Source of the DNA: Paraphysomonas bandaiensis
Taxonomy: Eukaryota; Protista; Chrysophyceae
Direction of reading: 5' to 3'
Length of the DNA stretch: 64,000 bases
NCBI GenBank assembly: GCA_965644295.1
Contig: CBFFRP010000296.1
Location: 1-64,000, forward strand
Shown here: one piece after another, positions 1 through 13,810 of the stretch
How the letters are laid out: each line of letters begins with the position of its first letter
Numbering within the stretch: the stretch's first letter is position 1
The notes under the pieces: generated by a model
Database searches by the model: none
What the model saw: only the letters and a program-made list of their open reading frames with translations
Told to the model about the DNA's origin: nothing
Translations under genes and position numbers: made by a program

Positions 1-16
1 AACACATGTATTGTTT

Positions 17-1617
17 TAACCCTAACCCTAACCCTAACCCTAACCCTAACCCTAACCCTAACCCTAACCCTAACCCTAACCCTAACCCTAACCCTAACCC
101 TAACCCTAACCCTAACCCTAACCCTAACCCTAACCCTAACCCTAACCCTAACCCTAACCCTAACCCTAACCCTAACCCTAACCCTAACCCTAACCCTAAC
201 CCTAACCCTAACCCTAACCCTAACCCTAACCCTAACCCTAACCCTAACCCTAACCCTAACCCTAACCCTAACCCTAACCCTAACCCTAACCCTAACCCTA
301 ACCCTAACCCTAACCCTAACCCTAACCCTAACCCTAACCCTAACCCTAACCCTAACCCTAACCCTAACCCTAACCCTAACCCTAACCCTAACCCTAACCC
401 TAACCCTAACCCTAACCCTAACCCTAACCCTAACCCTAACCCTAACCCTAACCCTAACCCTAACCCTAACCCTAACCCTAACCCTAACCCTAACCCTAAC
501 CCTAACCCTAACCCTAACCCTAACCCTAACCCTAACCCTAACCCTAACCCTAACCCTAACCCTAACCCTAACCCTAACCCTAACCCTAACCCTAACCCTA
601 ACCCTAACCCTAACCCTAACCCTAACCCTAACCCTAACCCTAACCCTAACCCTAACCCTAACCCTAACCCTAACCCTAACCCTAACCCTAACCCTAACCC
701 TAACCCTAACCCTAACCCTAACCCTAACCCTAACCCTAACCCTAACCCTAACCCTAACCCTAACCCTAACCCTAACCCTAACCCTAACCCTAACCCTAAC
801 CCTAACCCTAACCCTAACCCTAACCCTAACCCTAACCCTAACCCTAACCCTAACCCTAACCCTAACCCTAACCCTAACCCTAACCCTAACCCTAACCCTA
901 ACCCTAACCCTAACCCTAACCCTAACCCTAACCCTAACCCTAACCCTAACCCTAACCCTAACCCTAACCCTAACCCTAACCCTAACCCTAACCCTAACCC
1001 TAACCCTAACCCTAACCCTAACCCTAACCCTAACCCTAACCCTAACCCTAACCCTAACCCTAACCCTAACCCTAACCCTAACCCTAACCCTAACCCTAAC
1101 CCTAACCCTAACCCTAACCCTAACCCTAACCCTAACCCTAACCCTAACCCTAACCCTAACCCTAACCCTAACCCTAACCCTAACCCTAACCCTAACCCTA
1201 ACCCTAACCCTAACCCTAACCCTAACCCTAACCCTAACCCTAACCCTAACCCTAACCCTAACCCTAACCCTAACCCTAACCCTAACCCTAACCCTAACCC
1301 TAACCCTAACCCTAACCCTAACCCTAACCCTAACCCTAACCCTAACCCTAACCCTAACCCTAACCCTAACCCTAACCCTAACCCTAACCCTAACCCTAAC
1401 CCTAACCCTAACCCTAACCCTAACCCTAACCCTAACCCTAACCCTAACCCTAACCCTAACCCTAACCCTAACCCTAACCCTAACCCTAACCCTAACCCTA
1501 ACCCTAACCCTAACCCTAACCCTAACCCTAACCCTAACCCTAACCCTAACCCTAACCCTAACCCTAACCCTAACCCTAACCCTAACCCTAACCCTAACCC
1601 TAACCCTAACCCTAACC

Positions 1618-1658
<41 letters not shown>

Positions 1659-1834
1659 CCCTAACCCTAACCCTAACCCTAACCCTAACCCTAACCCTAA
1701 CCCTAACCCTAACCCTAACCCTAACCCTAACCCTAACCCTAACCCTAACCCTAACCCTAACCCTAACCCTAACCCTAACCCTAACCCTAACCCTAACCCT
1801 AACCCTAACCCTAACCCTAACCCTAACCCTAACC
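17..1834. repeat. Telomeric array (CCCTAA)n / (TTAGGG)n, ~300 units; left chromosome end
   Basis: Near-perfect TAACCC tandem array with one TAAACCC variant at ~1637; C-rich strand on + as expected for a left end. Degenerate units continue to ~1910. Confidence 0.99.
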
Positions 1835-1949
1835 ATTATATCCCTTTACACTATTCATTAAACCCTAACCCTAACCATAAAATAGTTTTTATAGATATAG
1901 CCCTAATCGAACTACTCTGATAATGGATTTTAGACCATCATGTACAAGG

Positions 1950-4900
1950 CTATCGGTATTTAAGAAACATGGCTCCAGATATCACATCTGCAGTTGCTTT
2001 TATAAGTTGCTCTTCGTCTTCAGCAGTCCAGGCAGCTGGCTGCTGCATGTACACAGGTGCATTAACTGCCTTCATAGCTGCAGCCTTCCACCGACGCCTA
2101 AAAATACATATTAATCGAAAAATAGGCAAAGAAAAAATCACACATGTTAAATAACGACACAAATTTCAGCAGCAACAAAACACTACGTACCTTTGTTTAC
2201 GTGCAAGTAGCTGTCGTACTTGCCCCAGGTTTCCTTGTGTAATAACTGCTACAATAGTGCCGCCTGATATTGAACTGTACATGTCTCTAATCGCAGCGTC
2301 TAACTGCTCCGGACCTTTGCAAAGCCTTTCGTCGATATCCGTTTCACTAGGTGATTCATCATAAGGTATGTCAACCCAAAGCAGTGATGCATCGTGATCT
2401 GTTGAATTTCTTGCGAAAGCAGTTACACCGTTAACCACTGATGACATATCCTTGGGGTGTACAATATTCACCTACAGAAAACGTCAAGAAAAAAATACAC
2501 ATATGGCTACTATAATAACCGTCAATCTATCTTTGTCAATGGTATCTACATAAGGATCACTTAAAAATTGCTCGTACGCAATTTCAAAACTGGATTCGGA
2601 CTTAAAGCCCAAGGCATGGCGTTCCCACGGAGGTAAATCACAATGAGGTACCCAATTGCAAACAGAAATACTAATCCTGTCGACTTTGTCCTTTGTTGAA
2701 ACCATATCAGCGGTATAAATATCAGAAAGTAATACAGAATGCCCAAAGTGACAGGATGAGGGTGACAACATATGAAAGAGTGTGTATCTCTGTTCAGTAT
2801 CGCTTTTTCCTGCCCAAGGTGAAGGCAGTGTGCTTTTGTAATCCTGCAAGGCATACTTTAGGGCCAACTCAAGAGCAGTTGAAGCATCCTCAACACTATC
2901 GTGTCCGGTATCGTCCAATGCGCCTACTTGTATGTATTTGTGTAAATATTCCTGAGCTAGAACTCTCAAGGATAGTTTATATGGAAGTCCCGAGGGGTGG
3001 GGAAACACTGCTGCTGTATCAATAACGCGATGATGAATTAAACCCAAAGCACAGAAGTCAGATTCTAAAGAATGGCCAACTAGAATAGTTTCTGGCCCTA
3101 TGAATGATGGAAGCATTTGATGTATGTCCTCTATAGTGGTCACCACCTGCAGTTCAGTTAGACAATAATGCGTCAGCAGGAGCGAGAAACAACAGTATCC
3201 AAAATTCTCAACAATGGTCGGATAGTATTGTATAATAGTTATCCCCATCATATTTTATTGACACACCTTCTCTAGCATTATCTCTGTGATGCCGGAATAC
3301 TTCGTGTTGTAGTTCACTATGGATCGTTTCGGTTTTACCTGGTCATATACATACCCAGTTAGAAGAAGAGTTTGCAGCTGGCAAATTAAGTATTTCGCAG
3401 CTTCGTGAAATAACGTATGTATATGTAATACGAAAATATAATTAGACCACGGAACTCATACCAGCTCATCCAGAACTATTCCTTCCACAGGACATATCAA
3501 AGAAATTCGAGTGAGCTCAATACCCGCACTGGTGCTACACATCTCGCAATCGATCGCGCAGACTTTTAAAACCCCACTGGCGTGACGGCTCTTAACAACT
3601 GTGTCTGCACAAACAACAGCGCAATCTGGAACAGGAAACTCCAACGACTTCTGCTGAATTGCGGTTTCGATGTCCACGTTAACTTTTACTTCTAAATTAA
3701 AATTGCTATGATTAGTATCTAAATCGCTTTCCTCTGGACTAGTTTCTACTTCTTCCCCTTCCTCGGGCTCTTCTAGTATATACTGTAGAAGGTGTTCACT
3801 TCTTACTTCTACTTCTTTGTTTATTTCCTCCCTCTGTACTGTAGTTACAGCATTTTGATTTCTCTGCTGAGCTTCGGCGACCAAACGAATCCATTCCTCA
3901 CTGCTCGTATCGAAGCGCATATCATTACTCCCAGTGAGTTCTGGGTACCCCATCATTTCGCGGCATATAGCACCAGCTACCATTGACTCCAAGGCGCCAC
4001 ACTCCTCACATTTCTGGTACAGTTCTCTCAGATATTGCCAGTGGTCCTTTCCACCCGTTGATTCTTTAATGGTTTCTTCTATAAAATTAGAGCTACTGCG
4101 CCTTCTTTTCATTTCAGGAGTGTTACACTCTGATATGCGATCTACTTTTCGCTTGATTCCCCCATGGCCAGTGTTTCTGGTTTCACAATTTCTAGTCTCG
4201 CTTACGCGAGCAACATTGTTATTCTCAACATTCGGCTGTACTTTTTCAGAAGAAGACACCAATCCTTCCTCGTCGTCTTCCAGACTGCTACATGAGCCCT
4301 CATTGAAGTAAAGATCCCACAATACTGCGTGGTATCGGTAGTTCCTCACATCTACCAGTCTCATTACTTCATCACATCGCACTGTGTTGTCATCAATGTC
4401 TTCAGAATCACCAGTAGAAAATTGACATAGTTTCAGAGCTAGGGGAGTACCATTCCCAGTCAGTGTATCGTCATCGGAAACAATGCATGTATAGGTTTCA
4501 GCCAGCCCAGAATGAAGCATATGAACATAAACGAGTGTATTGGACGTCTCCTTATCAATACGTAATATATAGACTCCTGAATTCAAATGTCAGCTCATAT
4601 CATTGGCACCAACGCACAAACCATGCTCGATGTAGTGACCACAGCTTCGCTTTATTTTGCCACATATATCTGTCTCACGCATACTAGACCACAGTGCACT
4701 CGATATACGAAAGCTTTCCCGCCGTTTGGCCTCCTGAAGAGCATCAGAGTATTGGATGAAGACATACTCTCCCTGCCACAGAGGCTGCTCTGTCTGCATC
4801 CAAATAACTAATTAGGTAACGTCATACTAAATCTGATGGATATCAACTGAATTCATGCAATTATACTCAACGGCATGGAGTGTAGATACACTATTCGCAT

Positions 4901-5442
4901 GGCATAATTACCTTGAAAACGATCACAAAACGGGTAAATAAATCTAACAAATTGCGTCCAAAGCCCTGCACGTCTGCGAATCTAACAGCGGGCACCATTG
5001 GCCATAATATTAGTGCGTTCATAGGGGCAATGTCAGAGTGCCACCAAGAGTTCTCGGGTATAGATATATTTTTAGTGTGAGGAAGATATCGTGAGGATGA
5101 GGACAGCGAGTGACGAACCGGAACACTTGAAAAAGAAGACAAAAAAGGCAAACGGCCATTGGCAATATTCTGACTGAGTTCTACAGGCCCCATACCGTGC
5201 ACAGCAATCACCAGAGCCCTATTAGTCCGATAGGGAGAGTGCTCCAGAAACTCGTCCTGATGACAACCCAGCAGCACTGAACATATGAAGTCATGCACCT
5301 CAGCGTCAGATATGTAGCGGTGACACATCCAAAAGTTAAAGTCAAGAGCCACACGATCATCTCCGACTGACTCCATTGGCGTATGGCAGGGCTGCCATAT
5401 GGAGGGATCTGTAATGGGGTAAGGCGGATTGTTAGTGCTCAT
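1950..5442 (-). CDS. DEDDh-family RNA exonuclease (REXO1/REXO5/Rex1-like), multi-exon
   Basis: ExoI AIDCEMC, then VKPKRSIVNYNTKYSGIT, ExoII LVGHSLESD, VIDT and ExoIII GHDSVEDA across spliced ORFs. The last exon (RRWKAAAM...AMFLKYR*) joins via a GT-AG intron; stop at 1950-1952. Start 5442 is inferred. Confidence 0.9.
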
Positions 5443-5769
5443 TTACAAGCAGTAACTGGGATACAATGACTGAATAATACCACAAAGATAGCATAAGAAT
5501 ATTGTGAAGGAGTGGACGGTCTCCTCTTCTGTCTAACTTCTCCTTATTTTCGCAAAACACCATAAAAACCACGATAAGCTCAAAAAAGTGAACAATTTGT
5601 GGCAACAAGATTAAAAAACAAAAGAAGGAATCACCACCACAAGAAGTACATATGATCACTCATCATCACCATCGAGATATATGAGGAATTTAATTTACTC
5701 TGTCAGGGTGTTGTGCTCTGCATTGTGTTGGGGGAGTTATTGGCATTGCCACGGAACCATTCTTCCAAG

Positions 5770-7399
5770 ATGTCAAGCTTTAAATCTACTAAAACATCCC
5801 GTTTTTCTGTTCTCAATCTATCGTCAGGTTCGTAGTGCTGTAATTGTAGTGGCTGTGCGATGTGTGGTTATATATATATATGCAGTCAATGTGAATGAAA
5901 CTCCTGTTAAGAAACCAACGACTGCAACGGAAGACTTTTCTGGCCTTAAGGCTTCAAGCTTAAGTGTGCCTGAACGTGTGGAGCTTGCTATGAGTGTCGG
6001 AGAGGAGGTAATAACTGCAGAAGAGTTGTCTGCCCTCTTTGCTGCGAGAGAGCACCCAGTGGTCTATGATGGGTTTGAACCATCCGGCCGTATGCACATA
6101 GCTCAGGGTGTACTAAGAGCAATCAATGTTAATAAACTGACTCGTTGTGGTTGTCTCTTCAAATTCTGGGTTGCTGATTGGTTTGCCCAGTTGAATAACA
6201 AAATGGGCGGTGACTTAAACAAAATCCGTACAGTTGGCCAGTACATGATAGAGATTTGGAAGGCTATTGGTATGGATATGACAAATGTTCGCTTTCTGTG
6301 GGCTTCTGAGGAAATTAATAACCATGCGGATGAATACTGGAGCCGAGTAATGGAAATCGCTCGAATGAACAATCTTCCTAGAATCCAACGCTGCTGCACG
6401 ATAATGGGCCGCAAGGATGGGGAAGAGATGAGCGCCGCGCAGATATTCTACCCGTGCATGCAATGTGCAGATATTTTTTTTCTGAAAGCAGATATCTGCC
6501 AACTTGGAATGGACCAGAGAAAAGTCAACATGCTTGCCAGGTGTATATTCGTTATGTCGTGCAGAGATTCATTCTGCTTGTGCAATGTGAAACCTCCGTT
6601 ACATAAGTATTTGATCACATTATCGACTTTGGTCTTAATGCAGTGTAGATGTGGAATTCTTATATTTTCTAATATAGAGAGTACGCCGGAGCCAAAAAGA
6701 TGCGATTCAAGCCCACTATCATCTCCCACCACATGCTTATGGGTCTCAAAGAGGGACAGGAGAAGATGAGCAAAAGTGACCCTGACTCCGCCATATTCAT
6801 GGAGGATTCGGAAGCAGATGTATGCGGTGTAGTTTTAAATATCTGGTAGATGTATTAGGTCTCGGACCGTTTAATCGTCCGCGGCCAATTAGAAATTCGT
6901 CGTATGTTACATATGTGGCATTCGTATATGATTTGTTTTCATTCCTTTGCAAGTCTTTGATATGTGTTTTCGTCGAGCAGGTTAAGCGGAAGATCAAGAA
7001 AGCTTTTTGTCCGCCGGAGGTTGTTGAGAATAACCCAATTGTGGACTACACGAAACATATTATATTGGGCTACTACGGCATGATATCCATAAATATTAAT
7101 GGAGTACGTAAATGAAAACATATACAAATATGCTGCAGTGTGTGTGATTTTGTCGGTAGTTTGTGCTGGGTTTCTGTTTTATGCTGATAATATGTTTTGG
7201 CGTACAGGAATGCGTGACCTACACTCATTACGAGGAATTGGAGGCTGATTACAAATCTGGGCGTATCCACCCAGGGGACTTGAAGGCTGCTGTCACTGAG
7301 GCATTGAATCGCATATTGCAGCCTGTGAGAGCCCATTTTGAGTCTGGTGAGCCGAAGAAATTACTGGAAAAGGTCAAGAAGTTCAAAATTACGAAGTAG
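5770..7399 (+). CDS. TYRS: Cytosolic tyrosyl-tRNA synthetase (plant/protist type), 5 exons
   Basis: YDGFEPSGRMHIAQG (HIGH motif), YPCMQCADI, QLGMDQRK, KMSKSDP, IKKAFCP, IHPGDLK. ATG 5770 splices in frame (TCAG|gt...cag|TC) into the large ORF. Confidence 0.95.
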
Positions 7400-8009
7400 A
7401 CTTTGGGGTGATTGTGCTCTGTTTTCGAGCGTTGGCGATGTGGCTACTTCGCTTAGAGTTATCTTTTCTTGTGGCAGGTTAACATTGTAACAGTAGTAAA
7501 TAATGTTTCAGCTATGGCCAGAATTATTTTTTTCATGAGGGAACTTGCATTATATTGTGTTCTTATATTTATTATCTAGGCAGAGATATTAGTAAGTATT
7601 AGTAATGAAATACATAGCTCTCAAAGTGGATAGAAACTAGAAATCAAAAATGGGATCTATTATTGGACCTCGTCAAGTGATGTAATATCAAAATTTTGAT
7701 GAATTTGAGAAATATATCTCAAGATAAGCCTCACATTTAGGGTCTATTACTTCAAAGCCAACAAGTGTAAACCGTATGGGTACAACAGTATATAATTATA
7801 TAATATATTCGACAGTCTGTGATACCCCATACAGGCTATACCATGTGAGTCATCTGGTGGAAATAATATTCTAGCTAAATACATCAGTTATACATATTAC
7901 TTACTTTCTATTAGGCATGTTCGTATCATAGTATAAACATCAAGCAACTGAATTACATGATGGACTAAATACCACACTCTACTCCTATCGGATACCAACT
8001 TATCCACAA

Positions 8010-8672
8010 TTAAAGGCAGCGATACACAATGATACGAATAGTTTTGATACTTTCCGCTGGGTCTGGATTTTGAGGCATATATTCTTCTGGTTCACCAATA
8101 TACACACTCCTCCACTTTCCCTGAATTTCGAGAAATTCGGCTGCTGAGCGACAACCACGAAAATCATCGTCCCATAGCTGTGTCCGGTGAGTAAACACCA
8201 CCACCCCTTCCGATTTACAAATTCGTACAACTTCTGTAAACAATGTAGTAAAATTCTCCACATAGGAGAATACTCCCACAGATATTACGGCTGAAAAGGA
8301 ACTGCTTTCGAAATGAAGAGATTCATCTAAACTACCCTGTTTCAATTCCGTGTACAACCCTGGTTTAGAATTCTTAATCAAATCGAGCGACACTTGGGAA
8401 ATATCAATTCCGCTCAAGTTAGTGAAATTATATCCACGGAGTGCCTCTCCACTCAGTCCAGTGCCACACCCCATATCGAGGACTTTGGTGTGCATGTCTC
8501 GCTGCGGATAATAGTCTGACAATATCTCTGCAACCCTCTGAGGAGCAGGGTATTTCCAGGACTTCAGGGTTTCATCATAGGAGTTTGCCCATGAATCATA
8601 GAGCTGTATCGCACCCGCAGCTGTCTTTGGAAAAGCAGCGAGGCCACTATAAGTTATGGGTTGATCGGTCAT
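8010..8672 (-). CDS. Class I SAM-dependent methyltransferase (METTL27/WBSCR27-like), intronless, 220 aa
   Basis: LYDSWANSYD N-terminus, VLDMGCGTGLSG motif I, GIDIS, FSAVISVGVF. Likely start is MTDQP at 8672 rather than the track start. Confidence 0.85.
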   Translation of the reverse strand: MTDQPITYSGLAAFPKTAAGAIQLYDSWANSYDETLKSWKYPAPQRVAEILSDYYPQRDMHTKVLDMGCGTGLSGEALRGYNFTNLSGIDISQVSLDLIKNSKPGLYTELKQGSLDESLHFESSSFSAVISVGVFSYVENFTTLFTEVVRICKSEGVVVFTHRTQLWDDDFRGCRSAAEFLEIQGKWRSVYIGEPEEYMPQNPDPAESIKTIRIIVYRCL

Positions 8673-9043
8673 GTTGCAGCAATGGCTCTCCTCAACTAGA
8701 CTCTGACTTTTAGGATCAGACAAGAATAGTGAACACTGGAGAGAGAATATCGCTATGTCGATGACGAGGTAAATCGCATATGTTCGGCCGATGCACCACT
8801 TAACATATGATTCCTGATAAGATACAGTACACACATGACACACATCAAACAGGCCCGTTTGTCCCAACAAAATTGATGGCACAAGCCCTAAGCAAAAAAA
8901 GCAATGGATACTGATATACTGCACTGTATGTGTTGTATCCCACTCTGCTATTTACAAGGAGCTGGGCGTCTCAGTCAACAAGGAACATACACATATATAC
9001 AGTTTTCTCAGTCAATCATTGGTTCATTTGTTGTTCGCAAGGT

Positions 9044-10745
9044 ATGTTGAAAAAAGGGTTGGAATATTCGTCGCATGAGAACGGTGAAGATCGTCTTCTG
9101 TATTGTAATAGCTTTGACGTTTGTGCAGTGTTCATTCGACAAGCTCTGGGCGATAATATCCGCCTTGATGGTAGAGGGATTCGAGATTATAGAGATGTAT
9201 GCTGATGATTGTTGACATAGTAATTAAATAGTTATCCTCGTGTAGATTTCAATCGAACTGTCCAGAGATGAATGTAGAAGCGAATCGTCAGTAACACTTG
9301 GAGCCACAAGGTCCAGTTCCTTCCTGAGCGTCTTTTAATACGTGTCTAAATTTCCCACCATAATAGGGTTATTTGTATTGTTAACGGCGAAATTGTGGTC
9401 CCTTATCCTGATAGACCAACTGAAGGCATACTGCAGTTTAATGCTGATATTTCTATATGTACTGAGGTATTATTTGACTTGCGGTGGATTGTGTGTATTG
9501 TATTCTTCATACAGTCAGTACGTAATGAAAATATATACAGCAAGCTGGCCACACTTCTTCCTCAATTTGTCGCATGTTAGAGAGGTCTATACGAGACAGT
9601 GAAGCCTTGGACACTGAATCTTTGTGTATTATTGCAGCAGAAAAAGTTTGGGCAATTACTTGTGAAGTCCGAGTGCTAAACTACGGGGGAAATGTAGCAG
9701 ATGCATGCAATCTCGCTGTGGTATGTATGTCGCTGTGGCATGATTATCATGTTATTTGTTTTTTATTGACTCTTTACTGTGTCAAAGTATTCTGACATCA
9801 CTGTATTGTAATTAGATGGGCGCTCTTCGTGCCTTCCGCAAACCAGAAGTATCTGTGTCTCGACTAGATATGGATATGGATCCGATTACCACTTCTCGCC
9901 TTCTTTCATCTGAGGCGAGGGACTCTCTGCCTTTGTCTTCCAGTGCAGAGGTGAAGCTTCACAACACTGACGAGAGGGAGCCCTTGCCTCTGGCTCTTCA
10001 TCACACACCACTTTCAATATCCTTTGGAGTATTTGCAGAAATTAAGTCTTTTCAGGTAAGGGCATGTGTGTACAGTGCCTATCTATAGTCTGTATAGTAT
10101 TTTCTGTGCCAAATTATGTGTTGCAGCTGTCTGAAACGCTGTGTGGTCTGTGATGCAGGAGGGATCAGAATGGAAAATGGTGCTTGTTTCAGACCCGACA
10201 GATGAGGAGGAGCGTGTGATGGATGGGTTTATAGTGTACTCTGTGAACGCCCATGGGTGAGTAGTTTTTATATGTTGTGTATATCATTGTCATGTCGCTT
10301 TTAGAGTGATTGACTGTGACAGCTTTCGTGTACACTTCTTCGTCCCTGTTGTTTGCATATGTATGGCTAAGTTTTCTGGAAATATAGGGAGGTGTGCGCA
10401 GTCCTTAAGCCTGGAGGTGTAGGTATGTCTAGCGACACAGTCCTTGCTGCTGCAAACCTAGCCCTCTCCCGTGCCCCTACCCTACATTCACACCTTACAT
10501 CTGCGCTTACTACTTTGGAGACGAACTATCAGCAAACCAGGGGACAGAGGCTCGAAACTCTGCGGGCTTTGAGAAAAGAACAGGTCAAATATATTGCATA
10601 CGTAGAAGGTAAAAAGGAAGGAAATGGGGAAACGATGGATGTTAGTGATATAGCGGACTCTGTGGACGGAGGAATCGATATCGATGATCCGATCCTGAAA
10701 TACAATTTTAACCATTCAGCAGCTCCAGTTGGGGCTTCGGACTAA
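9044..10745 (+). CDS. RRP45: Exosome complex component RRP45 (EXOSC9), RNase PH fold, multi-exon
   Basis: IRLDGR..DYR, PYPDRPTEG, LERSIRDSEALDTESLCIIAAEKVW, GGNVADAC, ALRAFRKPEV, EREPLPLALHHTP, DPTDEEE, KPGG. Confidence 0.93.
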
Positions 10746-11099
10746 GAACAGAGAGTGGCTTATATTGGTAAACGTATACAAATACTTTAAAAATAAGAAT
10801 ATTTTTTCCTGAAAATGTCTTGACTGTCATCCGTTCTTAGTTATTAGCAGGCTTGCGTAACAATAGTTGAATTCCCGATTAAATTAATCCGTTTTAAAAA
10901 TATTTGGATGGTACAGACATAATTAATAGAACGTAAGTCACACTTAATCAGAAATGCTTTAATTATAAATCAGTAAAATTGTAATCAATATCACTTATCA
11001 TTGGGATCTATTATTAAACCTAGTCTGTTAGAAAGTGACTTAACTGAACAAGACTTACTTTCACTGAGTACTCTACGCTGAGATTTTAAAATAGAAACA

Positions 11100-11400
11100 T
11101 ATAGAGTAAAATTATAATTAACATATCAACATCATTTTTGCCATTCACTATCAATTGTCATGTTGTCTCAACCTCCAATCATTTCCATACAATCTTAGAT
11201 ATAGATACCACGATCTTATACGGTCAATATATTTCAGTTTCACTACTATGATTGCTATCATGACATCAGTTCCCATAATACAGTTAACCACTTTTGAACT
11301 ACAGCTTTGAATTGTTCTCAAACAGCAAAACTCAACACTCCCTCTTTTAATAGAAAGTTGTAGATAGAATCTTCCCTCCAAACAAATATCTGACTCCAAT
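11100..11400 (-). mobile_element. Degenerate LTR fragment (same family as 31105-31757)
   Basis: Reverse-strand similarity to ~31260-31500; both translate fortuitously to VMIAI.VVKLKYIDRIRS. Boundaries approximate. Confidence 0.6.
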
Positions 11401-11759
11401 GTCTTCCCTCTATTATGTGCACTCGTCCAGCACATGCATCCACCTTGCACGCTTCTCCCGAGCGACATACGCTAGTAGGAAACCGTGCACCTTCTCCACT
11501 CGGATAAAAACCTCTACTAAAAGTAAGAAATAACTAAAAGCACACAGAAATGTACCTGACACTGCTTGGAAAACAGTGTCACAGCCTCGATATAATCTTA
11601 ATGACCTGGGGCAGGAGAAACCAAGACTAGGCAGTAGACGTGTTAGAAGACATGACAGGTCATTGCCATTTGCCATGCATCCATGAGGAAAGTTTGACGC
11701 ATTACCTCGGTCATTGGCCACACAGATACCGAATAATGTGAACTTGTACTCAGCATCAA

Positions 11760-12165
11760 TCACTCAAAGCAAACGTAGTGAGCAAGCACAATGTTGATAT
11801 AACTGACATCTGCTAACTTCAAAAGTTTTGAGTCCTTAAGGTGGGCCCATTCCTGGATGCTTGACTTCAGTAGGCAGTCCACAATACATCGGTTACCCTT
11901 GAGGTGGGCCCATTCCCGGATGTCCTTGAGGTAGGCCTTTTTCGGGATGCCTGTTTATTCGTCAGAGAATTCAAAGACGTCTACTCACAAGTGACACTTA
12001 TTAGTGTCCCTTGTACCACACCAGCATTATAGGCTACGAGTGGGCAGAACAATATCTGCTGACTACTATATATATATGCGGCTCACGTTAGATTCTTGGA
12101 GAAATATCTCCGGTATTTATCCCTCAGAACACCACGAAAAGGTGTGAGTACGACTTTGTTGAGGG
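11760..12165 (-). repeat. Dispersed ~400-bp repeat body, homologous to 27843-28218 (and to its duplicate from 30287)
   Basis: High identity by eye to 27843-28218 in reverse orientation, with the same 5' boundary (CCCTCAACAA). Contains three internal CATCCGGGAATGGGCCCACCTYAAGG-like units. Confidence 0.9.
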
Positions 12166-12470
12166 TCCCAACGTGATAATACAATATAGCAATTTTGAAT
12201 GGTCCATCTGGATCAACATGATGTTCAGCACAAGGATAATCGAGTGGGTTCGCGCAAATGAAGTCCCGATTCAGCCAACACCTCCCGAAGCCACACCAGT
12301 TCCTGCATATACCAACACACATATAGTCTGCTACTCCCGCTGAATTGATGAGGTCGATACGGTACATGTATGTGTAATGGACTGCCTGATGAGAGGTCCA
12401 CCCGTGTACAGTAGCAGAAACACAACAGTGGCAGTCGTGAAACATATCGTGAGATCACATCTCCAGCCAT
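12166..12470 (-). mobile_element. Ty1/Copia RNase H remnant
   Basis: MQELVWLREVLAE.GL.LREPT and EHHVDPDGPF; matches the remnant at ~62.2 kb (SEY...MQELVWLRGVLA). Frameshifted. Confidence 0.75.
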
Positions 12471-12609
12471 GCTTGTTGAATTTTAAATAAAAATCTATTC
12501 ACTGAGAACCTAATATAATGCTTTACGCATTATTGTAATAATTAAGTTATCAAGTTACACATAGCCACGGCAGGCTGTTGCCATGGCTATGTGCTTCTAA
12601 AAAGTCTGT

Positions 12610-13210
12610 ATCTAGACATCATATTAAAAGTCAGTATACAAATAAATTAACAACAACCACCTCACTCAGAAGATATATATATATCACCCAGAGTGGATAC
12701 ACTTGTCTTCTACTACGCATCCTTCGGATAACCTGACGTTTGCCACTGGTCTCCCTAGACTCAGTAGTAGGGTCACAGACAAGTTTCACTCTGGTCTCAC
12801 TAGTAGGCTCTCAGAAGCCGCACTACTCTCTGGCAAGGTAAACTCACTCTTCCCTTGAATCGTATTCGCCGTAAACTTATTGGTCGTGTCCCCCGAAGCG
12901 GCGTCGATGCAGATCCATCCATATCGTCGTCATGCAGGACGCATCACTCTGGGGGAGCTGCTGTGGCGTGGAGTGAGATATAGAGTTTTTTCGGAGTCTT
13001 TAGCGTGGTATTTGTTGAGTTTGCGCCGGGATGGAGCGAGAAGGATGTGAAGGGTCGGTGCGTAGAGGACTTTGATATCAAAGTAGTGTATTTCGTTTCA
13101 AGCAATGCGTTGTCGTTGGGGTGTATTCCTTTTCGTAGTCGGAATGGAAGATGGTTTATCCGGTGGGTGGTGGAGTAATAATGGCTACCGCAGTGGCTAA
13201 GCATTTGCTT
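12610..13210 (-). mobile_element. Probable 3' fragment of a second non-LTR retrotransposon (H/T/P-rich ORF tail ending AAPPE* plus 3' UTR)
   Basis: GC-richer island in AT-rich DNA. Its composition and ending resemble the C-terminal tail of the 29-kb LINE ORF. No catalytic motif seen. Confidence 0.35.
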
Positions 13211-13376
13211 TCAAAACATAATTACATTATAGTATAATATTATAATTACGAGAGATATATAGCATATAAATATACTTTCTACATGCACAAGCATGGTGCT
13301 ATACATTTGTAACAGAATGTGTTGATTAGTAGCAGCAAAAGTATGACTTTAATAAATGATAGTGAGTTATGAGAGA

Positions 13377-13810
13377 TGTTGATTATCTTTTAATTTTTGA
13401 TGATTGAGTAAATTTTAAGGTCCATTTGATTACTTTCTATCTGTCAGCTTTAGATAAGAGCTTTATTAAGATACAAGTTTGTTTGAAGCGTAGTGAGTCT
13501 TAATCAGGGAGTGCATACATATTTTCTATTAATTGAGTTTTTTCGTGACTGATAATCAGTAATATAGGTCAGCAATAATATACCCTATTTAACGTGTATT
13601 GAAATGACTAGTGAACATATGATAAACAGACAGATATTTCTGAGAACAGATGTCCACCAGATGTTACATGAATATGTTGTAAAGTATGAATTATAATAAT
13701 ATTTTATTTGAAAGTACATTGTGTTCAACAAAGCAAGGTTAAGGTTTAAGTGTAGAGCAAAGTCAGATTCAGTGAAATGTCCAATTATAACCCTAGTTCT
13801 TGAATGAACA
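13377..13810 (+). mobile_element. Degenerate solo LTR (Copia-associated family)
   Basis: Starts TGTTGA. Shares AAGTAC.TTGTGT.CA..AAAGCAAGGTTAA...GTGAAATGTCCAATT with ~31650-31730 and ~42260-42350. Confidence 0.55.

Noticed and set aside
6-1836. 546-aa (NP)n and 66-aa (VR)n ORFs
   Set aside because: These are translations of the telomere repeat. The ATG lies in a 16-nt non-telomeric prefix that is probably a read-end or adapter artefact.
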